64,000 nt of DNA from Klebsormidium nitens. Taxonomy: Eukaryota > Plantae > Klebsormidiophyceae. A program made the position numbers and the translations under genes. The notes below the pieces were generated by a model. That model was not told the DNA's origin, searched no databases, and saw only the letters and a list, made by a program, of their open reading frames with translations. The stretch covers positions 111,720 to 175,719 of the forward strand of contig DF237093.1 of assembly GCA_000708835.1 (NCBI GenBank), in the 5' to 3' direction. This document shows, piece by piece, positions 13,335 to 27,029 of the stretch (positions are counted from its first letter, which is position 1; each line of letters begins with the position of its first letter).

Positions 13335-16300
13335 TCAAGAAGGTGGACCGCCCTCTTCAGTCGTGATAGAGAGGGTGGCGTTTTTTCCACGCGGCCTTCG
13401 CACGACTACCTTGATGGTCTCCCCAATGCGTTCGCCTAACGCATCCAGTATCTGCAGGCACAGCAGCATCAGGATCCTTGATAAATTGCAAACTCCGACA
13501 GGTTCAACAAGACTGATCCGGCAACGGCAAAGACTTAACACGATCTTGTAGCTCATCTGCAAAGGCTTCCGATGCCAGCACCGCAGAATTCCTCAATTCC
13601 GCGTCTGTTGACACGGCCCACGGGTGATGTTCTTTAGGTGAGCGCATCACCTCGCTGACTGTGGTGATGCTTTGGCCGTCGAACTCGACGATGACGTCAC
13701 CCGGCATGAGGCCTCCCTTCTCTGCAGGTGACCCCGGAATCACCTGAACAGGCGGAAGGCAGATTCAACTTGTTTCGTCTTTTGAAACCTGCTATCTACC
13801 CTGTATGGCATGCTGTTGAGCGTGGAGAATACGATGCAGAATACGACATCTTACAAACCATATGAGAAGCGCAATCAAGCCTGGCCTTAATGAGGAAGGG
13901 CGCTTCAAACCACGTACCCCTAGCAGTGAGACGGAACCCCACAAATGACGTCTCTGTGCATCGGAAAAGGTTCGCCACACAGTTTGGCACCAAAAGACAT
14001 GACCTTTAGCCAATTCGACTCGAATACCTCGTTGCTTCTTTGTTGTCCTGGAGTTGTAAGGCTCCGCTCCAATTGGCCTCAGGTAAAACCGCTGAAGCTC
14101 GTTGTCCAGCAAAGACGAAGAGCTCTTGCAAAGTCTGCTCACTTGGGGAACGAGCACTCCGGCAGACACGTCGGGAAAGGTGGAGTCCCGCTCTTTCAGC
14201 TGGCTGATCACTGCGGCGTTCAACTCCAGCATCTTCATCCCGACGAAGGGCCGCAACACACGCCTGTGCAACGAAGTATCAATCCGGTTGCACCTTACGC
14301 ATCGCCCCTAAGCGTCGGTAAGCTTTCTCTCCAATTGTACAAAGCCTGGTCTGCAACGACCCTTATGCCACGGGATATGGCGGTCAGGAAAGAAAGAATC
14401 GAAAGAGGTACTATCCAAGGATCCGAAAATTGTGCGGACATTCAGGATCACGTCAGCTTGGATGCCGAACAAGCGTGGCGCTAGTCAGCGTCACGCAAAG
14501 CAAAGCGGAGGCTTCGACGATAGGCATACGTTGATACAAACGGGCCGCCTACTTTCAAAAGCTCCGCATAATGATTTCCAAAATGTACGACAATAGCTGA
14601 GGATTAAAAGCGTTTTCGCAAACGGTGATTATCGTGCCGACGCTAGCTTAACCTCCAAAAAAAAAGATTTCTCATCTTTGTTCAGGTTGTTTCTTAGTGG
14701 GGCTTGCGGCGCGCTCACCCGTGCTTGGCCAGCTGCTCAACAACCTTGCGCGCAGCGTCAATGGGGATGGCGAAGCTGACCCCGTCCGCTGACAGGGCCT
14801 GTGGCGAGCGGACAAGATGACCTCACTTGAGAAAAAGCTTGCGCCAAACAAAACAAAGGAGCCCGACGAGAAGCCGGATCTGCGGACAGTTGCTATCTGC
14901 TGGACGCTTTTCTCAGCGCAACACGAGCACCGTGGTTCGTGTACGTCAAGTCCAATCGAGTCTGCCAAGAAGGTGGAGGAAACTAGTCGTTTACTTGACG
15001 GTCGGAAGCTCAGTAAGCTTTGAGACTCTCACTTACTAAAGATGCTCGCTGATGCTCCCAAAAGTACGACGGATATCGAACACCGGCGTTCATTGACCAG
15101 TGACAGCATAACAGCTTAAGCAGCGATTGCAAACCCCTTGACAAATTTGGAATCGAAGAAACAAATGAGAATCAAGGAGCAGGCAACGTGCCTTCATCGT
15201 ATTGATGCCAATCACTTTCCCATCGAGGTCGACGAGGGGACCTCCGGAGTTGCCCTGCAAAGAAAGTAGATGGCTTACGACCTTACACAGAGGAAACCTG
15301 CCAGCCTGCAGCCGATACCGGAATCCCAAATGCATACAGAAAGAATGCATGCCAGATGCAAATTTGTTCAAAATTTGGAGCCACTGATTAAGTACAGACG
15401 TTACATTCAATCGTACAGAGGGAAGGTAACAAATTGGGACTAACGGTTCATATCACCGACTCGAACAACCCCATATCATACTCCAAAGGACAGCAGCGCC
15501 AGCCTTTCAGAAGCAGCCGCGGGAAACAAGGAGCGGGCGTGACTCGATCCATTTGCGGGTCAAAGGGGCTGATTCCAGGTTTGCCTCACATTCAGCCCTG
15601 GAAACTCATCAAGATACCGTAATTGACCATTCAAAAGATTGGGAAATCATCGGTCCAGATTCGCGGACGAGATTGGTACGGACGGCCGACCTGATTGATG
15701 GCGGCATCCGTTTGGATGTAGTTCGTCCGGCCGCCAAGCACGCCCAGCTCGCTGCTCTTGCGCTGCGTGCAACTGGGAACACGTGACAGATGACGTCAGC
15801 AAGTGAAAACGAAAACCAGCGCCACCTGCCAACGAACTTCAAGAATTGCGTTCGAGGCCTGCAATACAGCGGCTTCGTTAGACCCTAGCTACTAAGTCCG
15901 AATTTCGTGGCCAAAAACGACGTTTGAAATGAGTCTTGCTGAAACTCCGTAGCGATGATGATAATGGAGCAAAGCATTAGGCTCAGAGGCGCCCTTCTTT
16001 TTTGAGCAAAGCCCATCGGCTCCTCAGGGAGACCCCTGACCAGAAAGGTTTGATTGCGTAGGCTTCGGAGAATGTCGAATTGGTTGAAAGACTCACCTAA
16101 CGATCCCGCACGTTACTGTGTTCATCAGATGGAAAGGACTGCCCAGGGCCACCTGAACAAGGAAACAAAGCCGTCGCGACAACGGAAACCTTTTCCGCTG
16201 CTTCGAGGATGCCATTTGTAACGCTCTTGAGCGTGTTCCCTTTTGTTCGCTTTTCGCATCCAACGGGGTTGCTTGGCAGCTACTTCGAGATCCAGCATGT

Positions 16301-18726
16301 CCGAAGGGCCACATTTCTGACTCTCACATCTGTAGATTGCTCTCTCCGAACGGTACTGGTTGATAACGAAGTCATACTGCCAATCGCAAAAACCAATCAT
16401 TGGTGACTTTAAAGTTGCTACTATTGCATATTTCACCTGGGGGAAAGCTTACGAAGCGTTGCAATGGACGGTCAGTTGATCAGCCGTCATAGAGGGGGTA
16501 GAACTTACCACCCAGTCCCCGGCCCTGAGATTGGCAGATTCCCCTGCGGGTAGACATTTGACCTCAGCCATGGGAATGGCAGAAGGGCAAAAGCAAGTGC
16601 GCGAAATCGAGCGGGACCAGAGCTACACCTAAGCTGCGCTCCAGACCAGAAATCTTGTGCAAGCTTTGTTCTGAACGCTTTTCAAGACAGGAGGCATGGA
16701 CGGGAACCTGGATCTAATGGAAGCCAGGACAAAAAGGTGTCATGGGTCGATACGAGCACCTAGCACCCCGCGGCATTTCATAGAGTTAAAGTGACGTACT
16801 GAATGTTAAGCCCTTAAACGAGAACCGCAGAGTGAGACACACCTCATGACTCACCTAGTTTTACGAACGGGAGGGGCGTGCTCGATTCCATCTTGACGAC
16901 GGCGATGTCAGAAAGCGTGTCGAAACTCATGACCTGTTCGAGAGAGAAAAGAAAGGTATATATAATCGCAATTGCACGTCAACTCATCAACATAGGGACA
17001 TCCGGCAGGCAACAAATCTTCCGTCAGAGTATAGCAATGTGACATTTCCAATACACTGGTGCAAGGCGTCAAAATACAATTGACCTGCCGAGTTCTAGGT
17101 TCCTCACCTTTCCCTCGAAAGTTCGACCGTCTTGCATCGTCACCAGAAGCTGCACAATCACGAGATGTTGGCTGTTGGAAACTTTTTGAGGAGAACCCCA
17201 TCATTATAACACCTTCTGAAGTTGAATGTTTTGAAAGGTCTGCATGCGACGCCCGCTGCCCCAAGTGCACGGAGGTCACTCTGCAACAGGGTCCCACAGA
17301 TCGGTAGGAAAGATGTAGATGGACAAGCTTCTCTGCTATAAGCAATCATTTGGAGAGTCTCTTCGGATCCACCCACCTTTCCACGGTAAGCGCCTCGTTC
17401 CCTCCCTGTCATTTCTGCGACCACGTGTGCATTTGTGAGGATGGTTCCGTCCTTGTCCACGATGAAGCCAGAGCCGGCAGACTGGGACATCAACCAACCT
17501 CTCCCTGCAGATCGAAGTGACACAATTGTCCAAAAATATAGAAAAAATGTCAAAGCGCAGGTGCGGACAGCTAAGATTGATTGACAAACGCCTGAGAAGT
17601 TGTCAACTCTTTACCGGGCACGAGGGCTTCAAGACTTCAGATGCTCTAGGAGTGTGTTTCCCACCTTTTTGGCATCAGGAGGCTGGGGAACTCCTTTAGA
17701 TGGTCTGCTCACCAGATGAGACTGTGATGTTGACCACAGCAGGAGAAGCCTTTGCAGCGGCATCGGCAATAAAGTTTGCCGACAAGTACGGGCGAGTGGA
17801 GGACGTAGGCTCAGAACCGGCTGGGGCCGGCAAGGGTCTGGCTGCTTCCTGGCTTTTGAGGTACTCCGGAAGAGGCCCAGGGACTGAAGCTGGGGAGAGC
17901 TGGAGTTCTTTCTGGAGGTCGTTCTGCGCAAGCTCCTCGGAAACACCTGTGCCTAGGGACTGCTGTACTCTGCTGCGACCGAAGTTGGCGTGAACCAGAT
18001 AAGGAGTTTGAGGGAGGAACTGCGCTGTTGTGGTGGTCAGAGGCAAGTAGGATGGACTTGTATTTTGGAAAGAGGAGGGACTTGTTGAAGATGGCCACGC
18101 GGGGGGAAGCAGATGGGCTTGAGTGTAGGACGGCCAAGCACCTGCAACAAAAGCAGAGACAGTCTGCAAGTTGATGTAGGGATCAGCAAGGATTCTCAGA
18201 TAGGGGGCTTCCCTATACAGCTTTTATGCGACCACGTGATTGCTGATGATCCTAAAGCACTTGTTTGATGGAGAGTGGTCAAGAGACTGTGTGCCTAAGC
18301 ATCAGACGCGCCAGGTATCTAGCATTGCTGTGTACAGACTTTCAAGGGACAGGACACCACCAGCTAACGCTTACTTGAAGCATGGATTCCCTCTGCACTA
18401 ACATGAGCGCCACTGCTTCTCCGGTGGATTTCGGCTCCAAGCAAAGCCCCAACCCCAAATGAAGTCAAACATGCAGCAAGCACAGACCAGCTTCGCTTGG
18501 ACTGATGCACTGCCTCATAAGTTTCTTCTTGAGCAGCTGCAAACAGTGGTGCGATTGTAAACCCGCCTTCATGCCTGAGCTGATCAGAGCCCGCGCAATG
18601 CTGCGAATTATGCAACAACCGACTTGCAGGAATCGCCACAACTCCCAGCTTTTCCAGAATTGCTGGACCAGCGCTCGCGCAACTGAGCGGCCGCAATGCA
18701 ATCAACGCCCTGCCAACAAACGCCAT
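13335..18726 (-). CDS. DEG14: HtrA/Deg serine protease with one PDZ domain, HtrA2/DEG14-like, probable mitochondrial presequence; multi-exon
   Basis: Exon peptides: ADAAAKASPAVVNIT (~17720-17770), GSGFIVDKDGTILTNAHVV (catalytic His, ~17420-17480), VMSFDTLSDIAVVKM (Asp, ~16855-16933), ESANLRAGDWV, VALGSPFHLMNTVTCGIV, YIQTDAAINQ, GNSGGPLVDLDGKVIGINTMK (Ser, ~15200-15260), ADGVSFAIPID, RPFVGMKML, PGSPAEKGGLMPGDVIVEFDG (PDZ). One small exon between the His and Asp exons was not located. Confidence 0.92.
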
Positions 18727-19232
18727 CCCAGCTCAGGATTGATGATAGCACCACCTTGACGCCCTGACCCTGAAGGCTTTCAAAGGCTCCGTATGTTGCA
18801 ACACAGAGATGGACCCAGATAGACCTGAACAAACCAATGCTCGTCAAGGGAGTGCGCCCAGGGCCATGGCGTCCACTCCATGCAGCAGCCGACTTTTGCA
18901 ACATTAGGGTTCTGTTATCCTGCCTTCAAACTTCAAGGGTTTTGCTGGTGCCAGCTGCTGCCCGCTCACTTTCACAGGGAATTTTGAGCACTCAGCCTGA
19001 CACAGACGCTTGATGGTGAGGTGGTGCAGCAAGTTTGTGGTGCTGGTGGCCATAGAATAGAAGCCAGCATCTCTTTGTACTTTTCGTTAATCCAGCTTTG
19101 ACAGCTGATTGAGGGGACCGCATTTTGTGATCATTACGCAAGGTGGTCAGCAATTGCAGGGCGACAATGCCGGGATGGGTCTCTGGCATGAAGAGTTTGT
19201 AAGGTGAAACTGTCGAGAATAAATGCTGAGCC
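18727..19232. promoter_or_regulatory. Probable shared divergent promoter region between the Deg protease and oligopeptidase B genes
   Basis: Head-to-head start codons about 0.5 kb apart; no specific cis-element was identified. Confidence 0.45.
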
Positions 19233-22200
19233 ATGACTCTCATGTCGAGGTTCTCTCCTGCGGCAGCTCTGCAACTATGTAAAGCAATCTTCTCTGGAGC
19301 TGTTGCACTCCAAGTGCCAACTGACCTCTTTAATCAGAGCAGAGCTTCGCGATCATTTCACCAGACGTTGCTCGATCAGGTTCTGCCACCGCCAAGTAGT
19401 TCCCGAGAAGGTCCTGGCAGTAGTCAACAAGTTCTTCATGTTATTGGAGCTGAGCAGTCAAAGAATGTGGCGCCATCATCTGATGTGCGCAGCTCGAATT
19501 CCTGGCAGCGGCTGTCACCAAAACTTTTGCGTGCACCGTTTGGTCGCAAATATACACCTTCATCCGCTTTCAAAGGGCTCCATTGCAGTGAGGCACCTCG
19601 TCACTTTAGTCGAGAAGCTTGGTTCAGAACCTCAGAGACACCCCCTATCGCTGAGAAAAGGCCCTTTCAGCGAAGGGCACATGGGACCATCTGGGATGAC
19701 CCGTATCAATGGCTCGCGGATCCTTCTGATCCAGCAGTGCAGGAACTTTTGGAGCATGAGAATGCTTATGCCGAGGCATACCTTGCCAAGACAGCTAGCT
19801 TGCAAAGGAAGCTTGAGCAAGAAATGAAAGCACGATTGCCCCCAGATGAGACGAGCCCTCCAGAAAGGTAAGCAGACATACTCTATGCCTTTGAAGAAGT
19901 TGAGTGTCCAAACGACGGAGGGCAGAGGTGTTCAGTGACATCCAGACCTTCTGTGAAATGTCATTCTTGTCCTGCCTGCTTAGAGGTCTTTCCATACTTG
20001 GTAGAAGCTTGATGACATTTCTTCAAGGTGAAGCTTTGAAAAAGTAGGCTCTTCCTTTGGGACGTTCCCCTCCTAGTCGGAGCTTGATGACGTTTCCTTC
20101 AGCTCCTGATGCACAAATCCAATGTGAAGCAGGCCTCTCTTACACCTTGTCCCTTGTTGCCAGACTGGCCTTCCTTTTAAACCAGTCCAGATTCCATGTC
20201 TCATGCTGCCCTGCCAGGTGGGGCAAGTGGCACTACTGGTGCAAGGAAGGCCCTGACAACAAGGACTACCCCATCTTCTACCGCCGTCGAGTGGGGGAGC
20301 CTGGCATACAACCAGAGCTTTTAAAGGATGAGGTGCTCCTGGACCTGAACGAGCTGGCAGAGGAGTTTGGTGAGGTGCGCCTTCAATGTTGGGCCTTACA
20401 TTTTCTCCTAAAAATGAAATTCTGTGGATTTTTTTTGCAAGGAGGCAGTTACAAGCTGTGGTGTTGTAGGTCGTTTCGACGCTTCTGCTATGTTCGTAAT
20501 CTTTGCGGGGCCTTCCTCCCTCCTCGTGTCTAAGCCTTCAAGCGGCCTACTGAGTGGGAGGATTTCCTACACGACGTCTGCAAGGCTTTGAGTTCTTTCG
20601 CCAAGATTTCAAAGCCTTGCAGCTCAGTCGAAAGCTAAGAATTCCTACAACGAGCCTTTCAACGGGCATACTCTGAGCTTCCAACGTGCCTTACCTTACA
20701 GGGTACGTCCACGTCGGCGCCTGTGAGCCCTCCCCTGACCACCGCTACCTTGGCTACACACTTGATGCAACAGCCACAGAATCCTGGACCCTGTTCATAA
20801 AGGACCTGACGACCGGAAAGCTACTGCCACGTGGAACGATACAAAATGTCGTCAGCTCCAAGTGGGCAGAGGACGGTCAGACTGTTTTGTACACTCAGGT
20901 TCGTCTCCTACCTTGCATCTCCAACTTCGCAGCAAGATTTTATATTGGAACGTACAGGCGCTTTTGCCGAATTTGTTGTCGGTTAAGCGAGTGCATCTTG
21001 GGGGCCAATCAAACTGTTCACGAGGTGTGACGCCTGCACGCACTAAGTTCGTCTCACCGTAAACTCAACGTGAGAAGCTTGATTTCTTGATTTCCCTTTG
21101 TACGCCGCTCTACGCGGTGACCTTCCTATCAACGCTTGGACTTGTTCATGCCATCCTCAAAAGGTTCACAACGGGACTCAGCAGCTCCGACTAGAACATC
21201 GTCTCACCTGCTCAATCTCGACATACAAACGTGGCCTCTTGTTTCCAGGCGAACGAACTTCAGATCCCGACCAAGATTTTCAGCCGACGTGTGCTAGGAC
21301 CGCACGCCTCTGAAAGCGAAGAGGACCGCTTGGTCTATGAAGAAGCTGGGGGCCCGGAATGGTTCGCTGACGTGTCAAAAACAAAAGACGGAAAGTTCCT
21401 GACAATCAACGTCAACTCCAGAAACTGCTCCGAGGTGCGTTCTTTCAAAGCGCAGAGGAAGCTTGAGTTTGCATTAGATGGTGTCCTGGCTCTTCCGCAG
21501 CACAAGTGATCATTAAGAGGCGAAGTTCAAGCACTGATAACAGGCTCCGTTTCAGCTTCAGCCCGGTTTGCCATGTCTGTGGACATAGAGCGAGCTGCCC
21601 TTTCGAGCGGGCTTGGCTTTACAAGCAAGTTGCGTATCCCCGCTGCTAGTGCAGCTCCTTTGATACGTCTATCTTGTGTAAGACACCGTATAAGAGTTCG
21701 CTTTTGTCCTTCGAGGCTTTCGTCTCTTCTCGCTGTCCCTCTCTGCCATTTTGGCTGAAAGGAATCGGAAACCATCACATTTGGCCGAGCTTGATCGCCA
21801 CAATTTTGTTGGAACTGATCACAAAACTCCCACCCTGCAGGCTTTGAAGGCTCGTTTTTTTGCTATATTCCCAGTTCGCAAGGACGAAAAATCACAACGA
21901 ATATCAAGCTGTGCTCTATATGCTGATCAGGTATCGTACCTAAGCAACGTCACTGCTTTTCTACAGGTCTACCTGCTCGACGCCGCAAATCCCCAAACCC
22001 CGCTCAGGCTGGTCCGCGCGCGCGAGCCCGGAGTCGAGTACTTTGTGGAGCACCATCGCGGGTCGCTCCTCATCCTCACCAACCAGGGCAACCCGGGGGG
22101 CGAGTACCGCCTCATGTGTGCGCCTGCAGATGACCCGGGGCAGCCCTGGAAGGTCAGTAGCTTTGTCTCGAGCACTTTCATATCTAAAGTTGCCGTTGTC

Positions 22201-25200
22201 CAGAGTCAGGCAGATCGAAGCCATCGTGGAGAGGCGCTGGCTGTAAGCGATGCAAATTTTGGAGGTCTGGTGACACTTTAACGATGTGAGAAGAAACTTG
22301 ATTCTGAACCTTCCAGCCTTGGACACAGAGAAGTCCCTCGTCTGTTCGCGCCTTGTCGGTTCCCGAGCTTTCGTCGAAATGCGTCTTTCCAAGGACCGAT
22401 TAGACGAAGCCGCAGCAATTTGGATAGCTCGAATTAGACCGTCTGCCATTGGAGACTGAAAGCCCGCAAGGCTCGCTGATCCGCTCCTCTAACTTACTCG
22501 AACCTTGCTTTCGGTAACAAGATACCTCCAAGATCTTTCTTCTTCAGGAGCTCCTGCCCGCCGACCCCCGTGACGTCATCACCGACATGGACCTCTTCGC
22601 GGGACACTGCGTCATGTACACGCTGCGCGACGGCCTGCCCAACGTCACAGTCTATCCGCTGACGTCACCCGCAGACTCCCCACTAACCAAGCCTCTCGAG
22701 GCGGGTGACCCGTTGGCACGCGTGCGGTCTCCGGCGGCGGAGGACGGGGCTCGGGAAATTTTGCCGGAGTACAACCTATTCGGAAACGGCAGACGGGTTT
22801 TCGACAACCCGACCGTATGCTCCATTGAGCCGGGCGCGAATGCGGCCTTCGAAGCGGAGTCGCTCCGGTTTACAGTTTCATCTCCAGTGGTAAGTACGTG
22901 CCCTATGAAGGTCTCTTACTGCACAATGCCTTTGACGTCCACGTTTCTCCTCTGTGGTGTGATCGATGTTTCTGCTCGTATCTGGTACATTGGATCTGTT
23001 TGCGGGTGCAGGTCCGTACGGCTGCTCCGCTTCTTTCCACTTGCAACTATTGTTTGCATTCCTGGCCAGCCTGTAGCGGGGACAGTGGCAGATGGCAGAG
23101 TAAAACAGTCTCTTGTTTGCGCACGCTTCTGTCTCTAAAGATCGACAAACGACCTTGTTGATCGACTCTTTGCTTGTGCTGTTCCTGCCGTGCAGACACC
23201 CGACACCGTCTTCGACTACGACATGTCGTACCACACGCTGACACGTGTCAAGCAGATAACAGTACCCGGCCTCGATGTCAGTCCAGCAAACGCCACAAAC
23301 GTAAATACTGCCGCCTCCAAAACTGCACCGCTTATTCGCCCCGCGCCGCTCCACACGCTCAACGGGTACACCTGCACTCGCGTCACTGCCACTTCAGCAG
23401 ACGGCACCGCCGTTCCGGTGACCGTCACCCACGCCTCCGATCTGCCCCTCGACGGCCGGAACCCCGCCCTGCTCATAGGCTATGGCGCATACGGAGTACC
23501 CCAGAAAACCACGTGGTCGAGCCACACCTTGAGCCTCCTCGACCGGGGTTGGGTCGTCGCCACAGCACACGTGCGAGGGGGGGGCGAGTTTGGGAAACGG
23601 TGGCACGAAGCGGGAAGGAAAGAGAACAAGGTGCGGTCGTTTGAGGACTTTGAGGCCTGTGCGGAACTGCTCGTGAAGAAGGGTTTCGCGGACGGGGGTC
23701 GGCTGGCGGCGCAGGGGTCGAGCGCGGGGGGACTGCTTGTGGGGGCTGTGGTCAACAGGCGACCGGAGTTCAAGGCCGTGATACTGAAGGTAGGCGGGCC
23801 GTGCTGGCACGACTTTGATGTTTGCTGAGGGGCTGCTGAGCGATCCTCGAGACGTAACGTATCTCATTGACTGACAGTAATGCTTCAGCATACCGCGCCA
23901 AGGCAAAAGGTCCGCCCAAAGGCAAGATAGGATGGCCGTGGCCGCCTCTGTCCTCTGCTTCCTCTCGCGTGCTTTTCGCGAGCTTCGCGACTTCCGTTGC
24001 ATATGATCCTGTGGCCAGGGATTTGCCACGCGAACACCTAAAATCCTCATTGCTCTTGTTATCCCTACTGCTTGCTGTAGAGATCAAGATCCATTCGGGG
24101 GGCCTCAGTCGCCGGGCGCCTTGATCGGTAGTGTCCAAGACGGAACCTTGAACCTTCCGGTTGGCAAGGTCCTGTTTTTGCCACTACCAAACGTTTTGAG
24201 TTCCAGGTGCCCTTTCTGGACGTCCTCCACACGATGCTCGACCCGAGCCTGCCGCTCACCGCCCAGGAGTACGAAGAGTGGGGCAACCCCGCCGCAGACC
24301 GGGCCGCCTTCGAACGCATCCGCAACTACAGCCCGTACGACAACGTCAAACAGGGTGCGCGGTATCCGGCGATGCTTATTACGGCCTCGATGCAAGATAC
24401 GCGGTAAGAAGACTCTGTCGCTACACTTCACGTAGAGTCTGGCACAGAAAAGGATTTTACAGTGCGCGATCTCACTTTCGGGCTCATTACTGGGGTGCCG
24501 CATGTGTTTACCAAAAGGACGCATTACCTGTTGCAGGTTTGATGCTTATAGATATCGGAAGCGCGCTTGACGGTTGCAATTAGGAACCCGCCGGGCGACG
24601 TGTCGAGCATCGTAAAGATGGAAAATTTGGAGAACTTTGTTATATGTGTAATGGATTCCAATGTTGAAGCCCACACAGAAAAAGTGGATCTTGTGCGAAG
24701 CATCTGACAGAGTTGCGAAAAGCTTCCAGTTTTTTTTTTCGAAACAGAGTGCTGAAGTTGCTTTCACCGAAACTGCTTGTGCACACAGTGTTATTCATCC
24801 TTCCGAAGAGTTGAGCCCTTGTCTTTACTCCTTCTGCTCGTTGGCTTCGCTTTGCACTCAAGCACGTTCGAGCCATCGCCCCCAAATAGAGCTTTCCAGT
24901 GAGCAGAAACAGGGGTCTTTTCCTGAACCAACGTGGTTTTGCAGCGTTGGCTACTGGGAGGCGGCGAAGTGGGTCAGCAAACTGAGAGCTACTGTGCCGA
25001 CGTCTTTGAAGGCACCTATTCTGCTTTTTACGAGCTTCAACGACGGGCACTTTGGCCAGGGCGGCCGGTATCAGCAGATACTCTTTGCAGCGAGGGAGCA
25101 GGCTTTCCTGTTGGATACGGTCGGAAGCAGAGAGTTTAGAAAAAGGGAAGGGTCAAAACGCAACGTGCTGGAGTTGGTGAAAAGCGTATGGAGGCGGACT

Positions 25201-25209
25201 ACAAAATGA
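19233..25209 (+). CDS. Prolyl oligopeptidase family S9A, oligopeptidase B (protease II)-like, with organellar-type N-terminal extension; multi-exon
   Basis: PPIAEKRP...DDPYQWL, LLDLNELA, SPDHRYLGYTLD, LLIGYGAYG, HVRGGGEFGKRWH, catalytic GSSAGG (~23715-23732), VPFLDVLHTMLDPSLPLT...EWGNP, YSPYDNV...YPAMLITASMQDTR (Asp), VGYWEAAKWV, NDGHFG (His). Stop TGA at 25207-25209. Confidence 0.93.
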
Positions 25210-26026
25210 TTTCGGCTATGATTAATGAAATGCTTTGCTGTTCACGCTTGCCACACGAACCGGCGTAGCACTCTACAGAATGCCAGAACAACATGCATTT
25301 TGACATCCAGCCGAGGGCTACTATTATTGCTCTACAATCAACTGCACCAGCTCTATGTTCTACGAACTTCGGAATGCCAAGCTTGTACTTAACAACCAGG
25401 GAAATCCAGGCCCGCGCAAGGAAACCATTGGCGCAGCCGCGAACGCACAGCTTTACCTTTTATTTGAACGTACCTTTGGGAGTGATCTTCGTTGAACGCA
25501 TGTGCAAGGGCTCGGGCAGGCACGTATACGTAAGTTCCTGACCCCATGCAACACCTTGCTTTCGGAGTGCATGACATATTCCAATGGTCTTGCATGACGT
25601 GGCATATAGAGGCCGCCAAGAACGGACGCATATGCTCCTGCAAATTGCATCCACAGTCGATCGCGATCGGCAGCCGTCCAGCTCTTCTTCACTAGGCTTG
25701 ATAAAAACAACTTCATTCAATCACTCCGGAGCAGAATCTTGAAATCATTGAAGTTGTTTCGCTATCGTCCTTGCTTTAAACGCTGGATGATGTATATTAA
25801 TTGGACCCGGTCTCGCGCTACTCCCAAATACCTACACGCCGTGCGGCAGCGCCGGTGAGTGGTGAACTCGACACGTGCGTAACGCCATAAACCCTGCCAC
25901 GATCGAACGGCCGCCGGGCCGCAGGCAGCGGCCGCGAGCGCGCGCCGTCCCATTACTGAAGGGCCGACCAAGTCGTAGGACTGCACACTCAGAGTGCGAG
26001 CTCAGGGGACTTGAAAGCGCACAAAG

Positions 26027-27029
26027 ATGGAGCACAAGCCGCAGGACCTTCTTTCCTGCTCTGAGCTGGGTAATGAAGATGCTGAAAAGTCTGCAACAAT
26101 CAGCAGCTTGCCAGACGATATCCTGTCACTCATTTTGAACAAAGTCGCTGCGCAGGACTATGTTACCTTGCTGTCTCTCACTCTTGCGTGCAAGGCGTTC
26201 AGCCGCATCGCTCCTCCAAGCTTCCCCCTCTGGAAGAAAGCTTTCTTTGGCAAGAAGGAGCCGCCACAGGGATCAAGTGAGCTGAAGGCGCTTGAGGCGG
26301 AGATTGATAGTTTCGGTGGTTATAAGCACCTATTAGGCGCTCGGTTGCTGACATGGGATCCATCCACTGTAAGTTACCCTAAAGGAAGCATGCTTTTCAT
26401 CATGAGAACGATGGGGGGGCGGGTTTTCATGTGGGGGGGTGGTTTTGAGGAACCACCAACTAGAGAGGGAGCTTATGGCCCACCGTATACATGGCGGGGT
26501 TGTCAGCTCAAGGCCCTGTTTCAGGTCGCCGATATGGACGACCTGATCAACGAGATTTGTCCGATTTACTCAAAATATAGAAAAATGATGCCACATCCTG
26601 GTGAAGAGCAGTCAATTGAACCTGGAGATTTTCTTAATGTATTGGAACACCACGATCCTGCTGGAAACCTACTTGCTTCTGGAGGGGTATCCCGGCAGGC
26701 TCTATCACAGACTGCACACGAATACTCTCGAATGCACGATTTCATTTTGCCCCGCTTCAATCTGCTTCCGGGCGAATCACACGGGCACGAGATTGGTGTT
26801 TCAAGTACCCTCGTGCAGGTATGAGTCAATGGTGCATTGTCGATTGCATATCAGTAGGTCAATAGGACTCGGACTCGCAACCGGTGCAGGCCGTGCAGCC
26901 GAGGATAGCAGGGATAGGCTTGAAGGGACCTGCATGTTACACTCTCACATTCAACTCTTTCCAACCGACGAAAGGACAGGAGAATGTAGGAATATAGGAA
27001 GCAGCTCCAGAATTACCAAGAACTTTTGA
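26027..27029 (+). pseudogene. F-box protein, copy A, frameshifted relative to copy B
   Basis: F-box motif SSLPDDILSLILNKV. ORF 26027..26824 matches the N-terminal half of 30936..31946 and ORF 26601..27029 (another frame) matches its C-terminal half. A net +4 nt difference near 26610-26642 explains the shift, and no plausible intron fits there. A sequencing error cannot be excluded. Confidence 0.7.

Noticed and set aside
13150-13551. 133-aa plus-strand ORF overlapping the Deg protease 3' end
   Set aside because: No recognisable domain; largely antisense to the final Deg exon.
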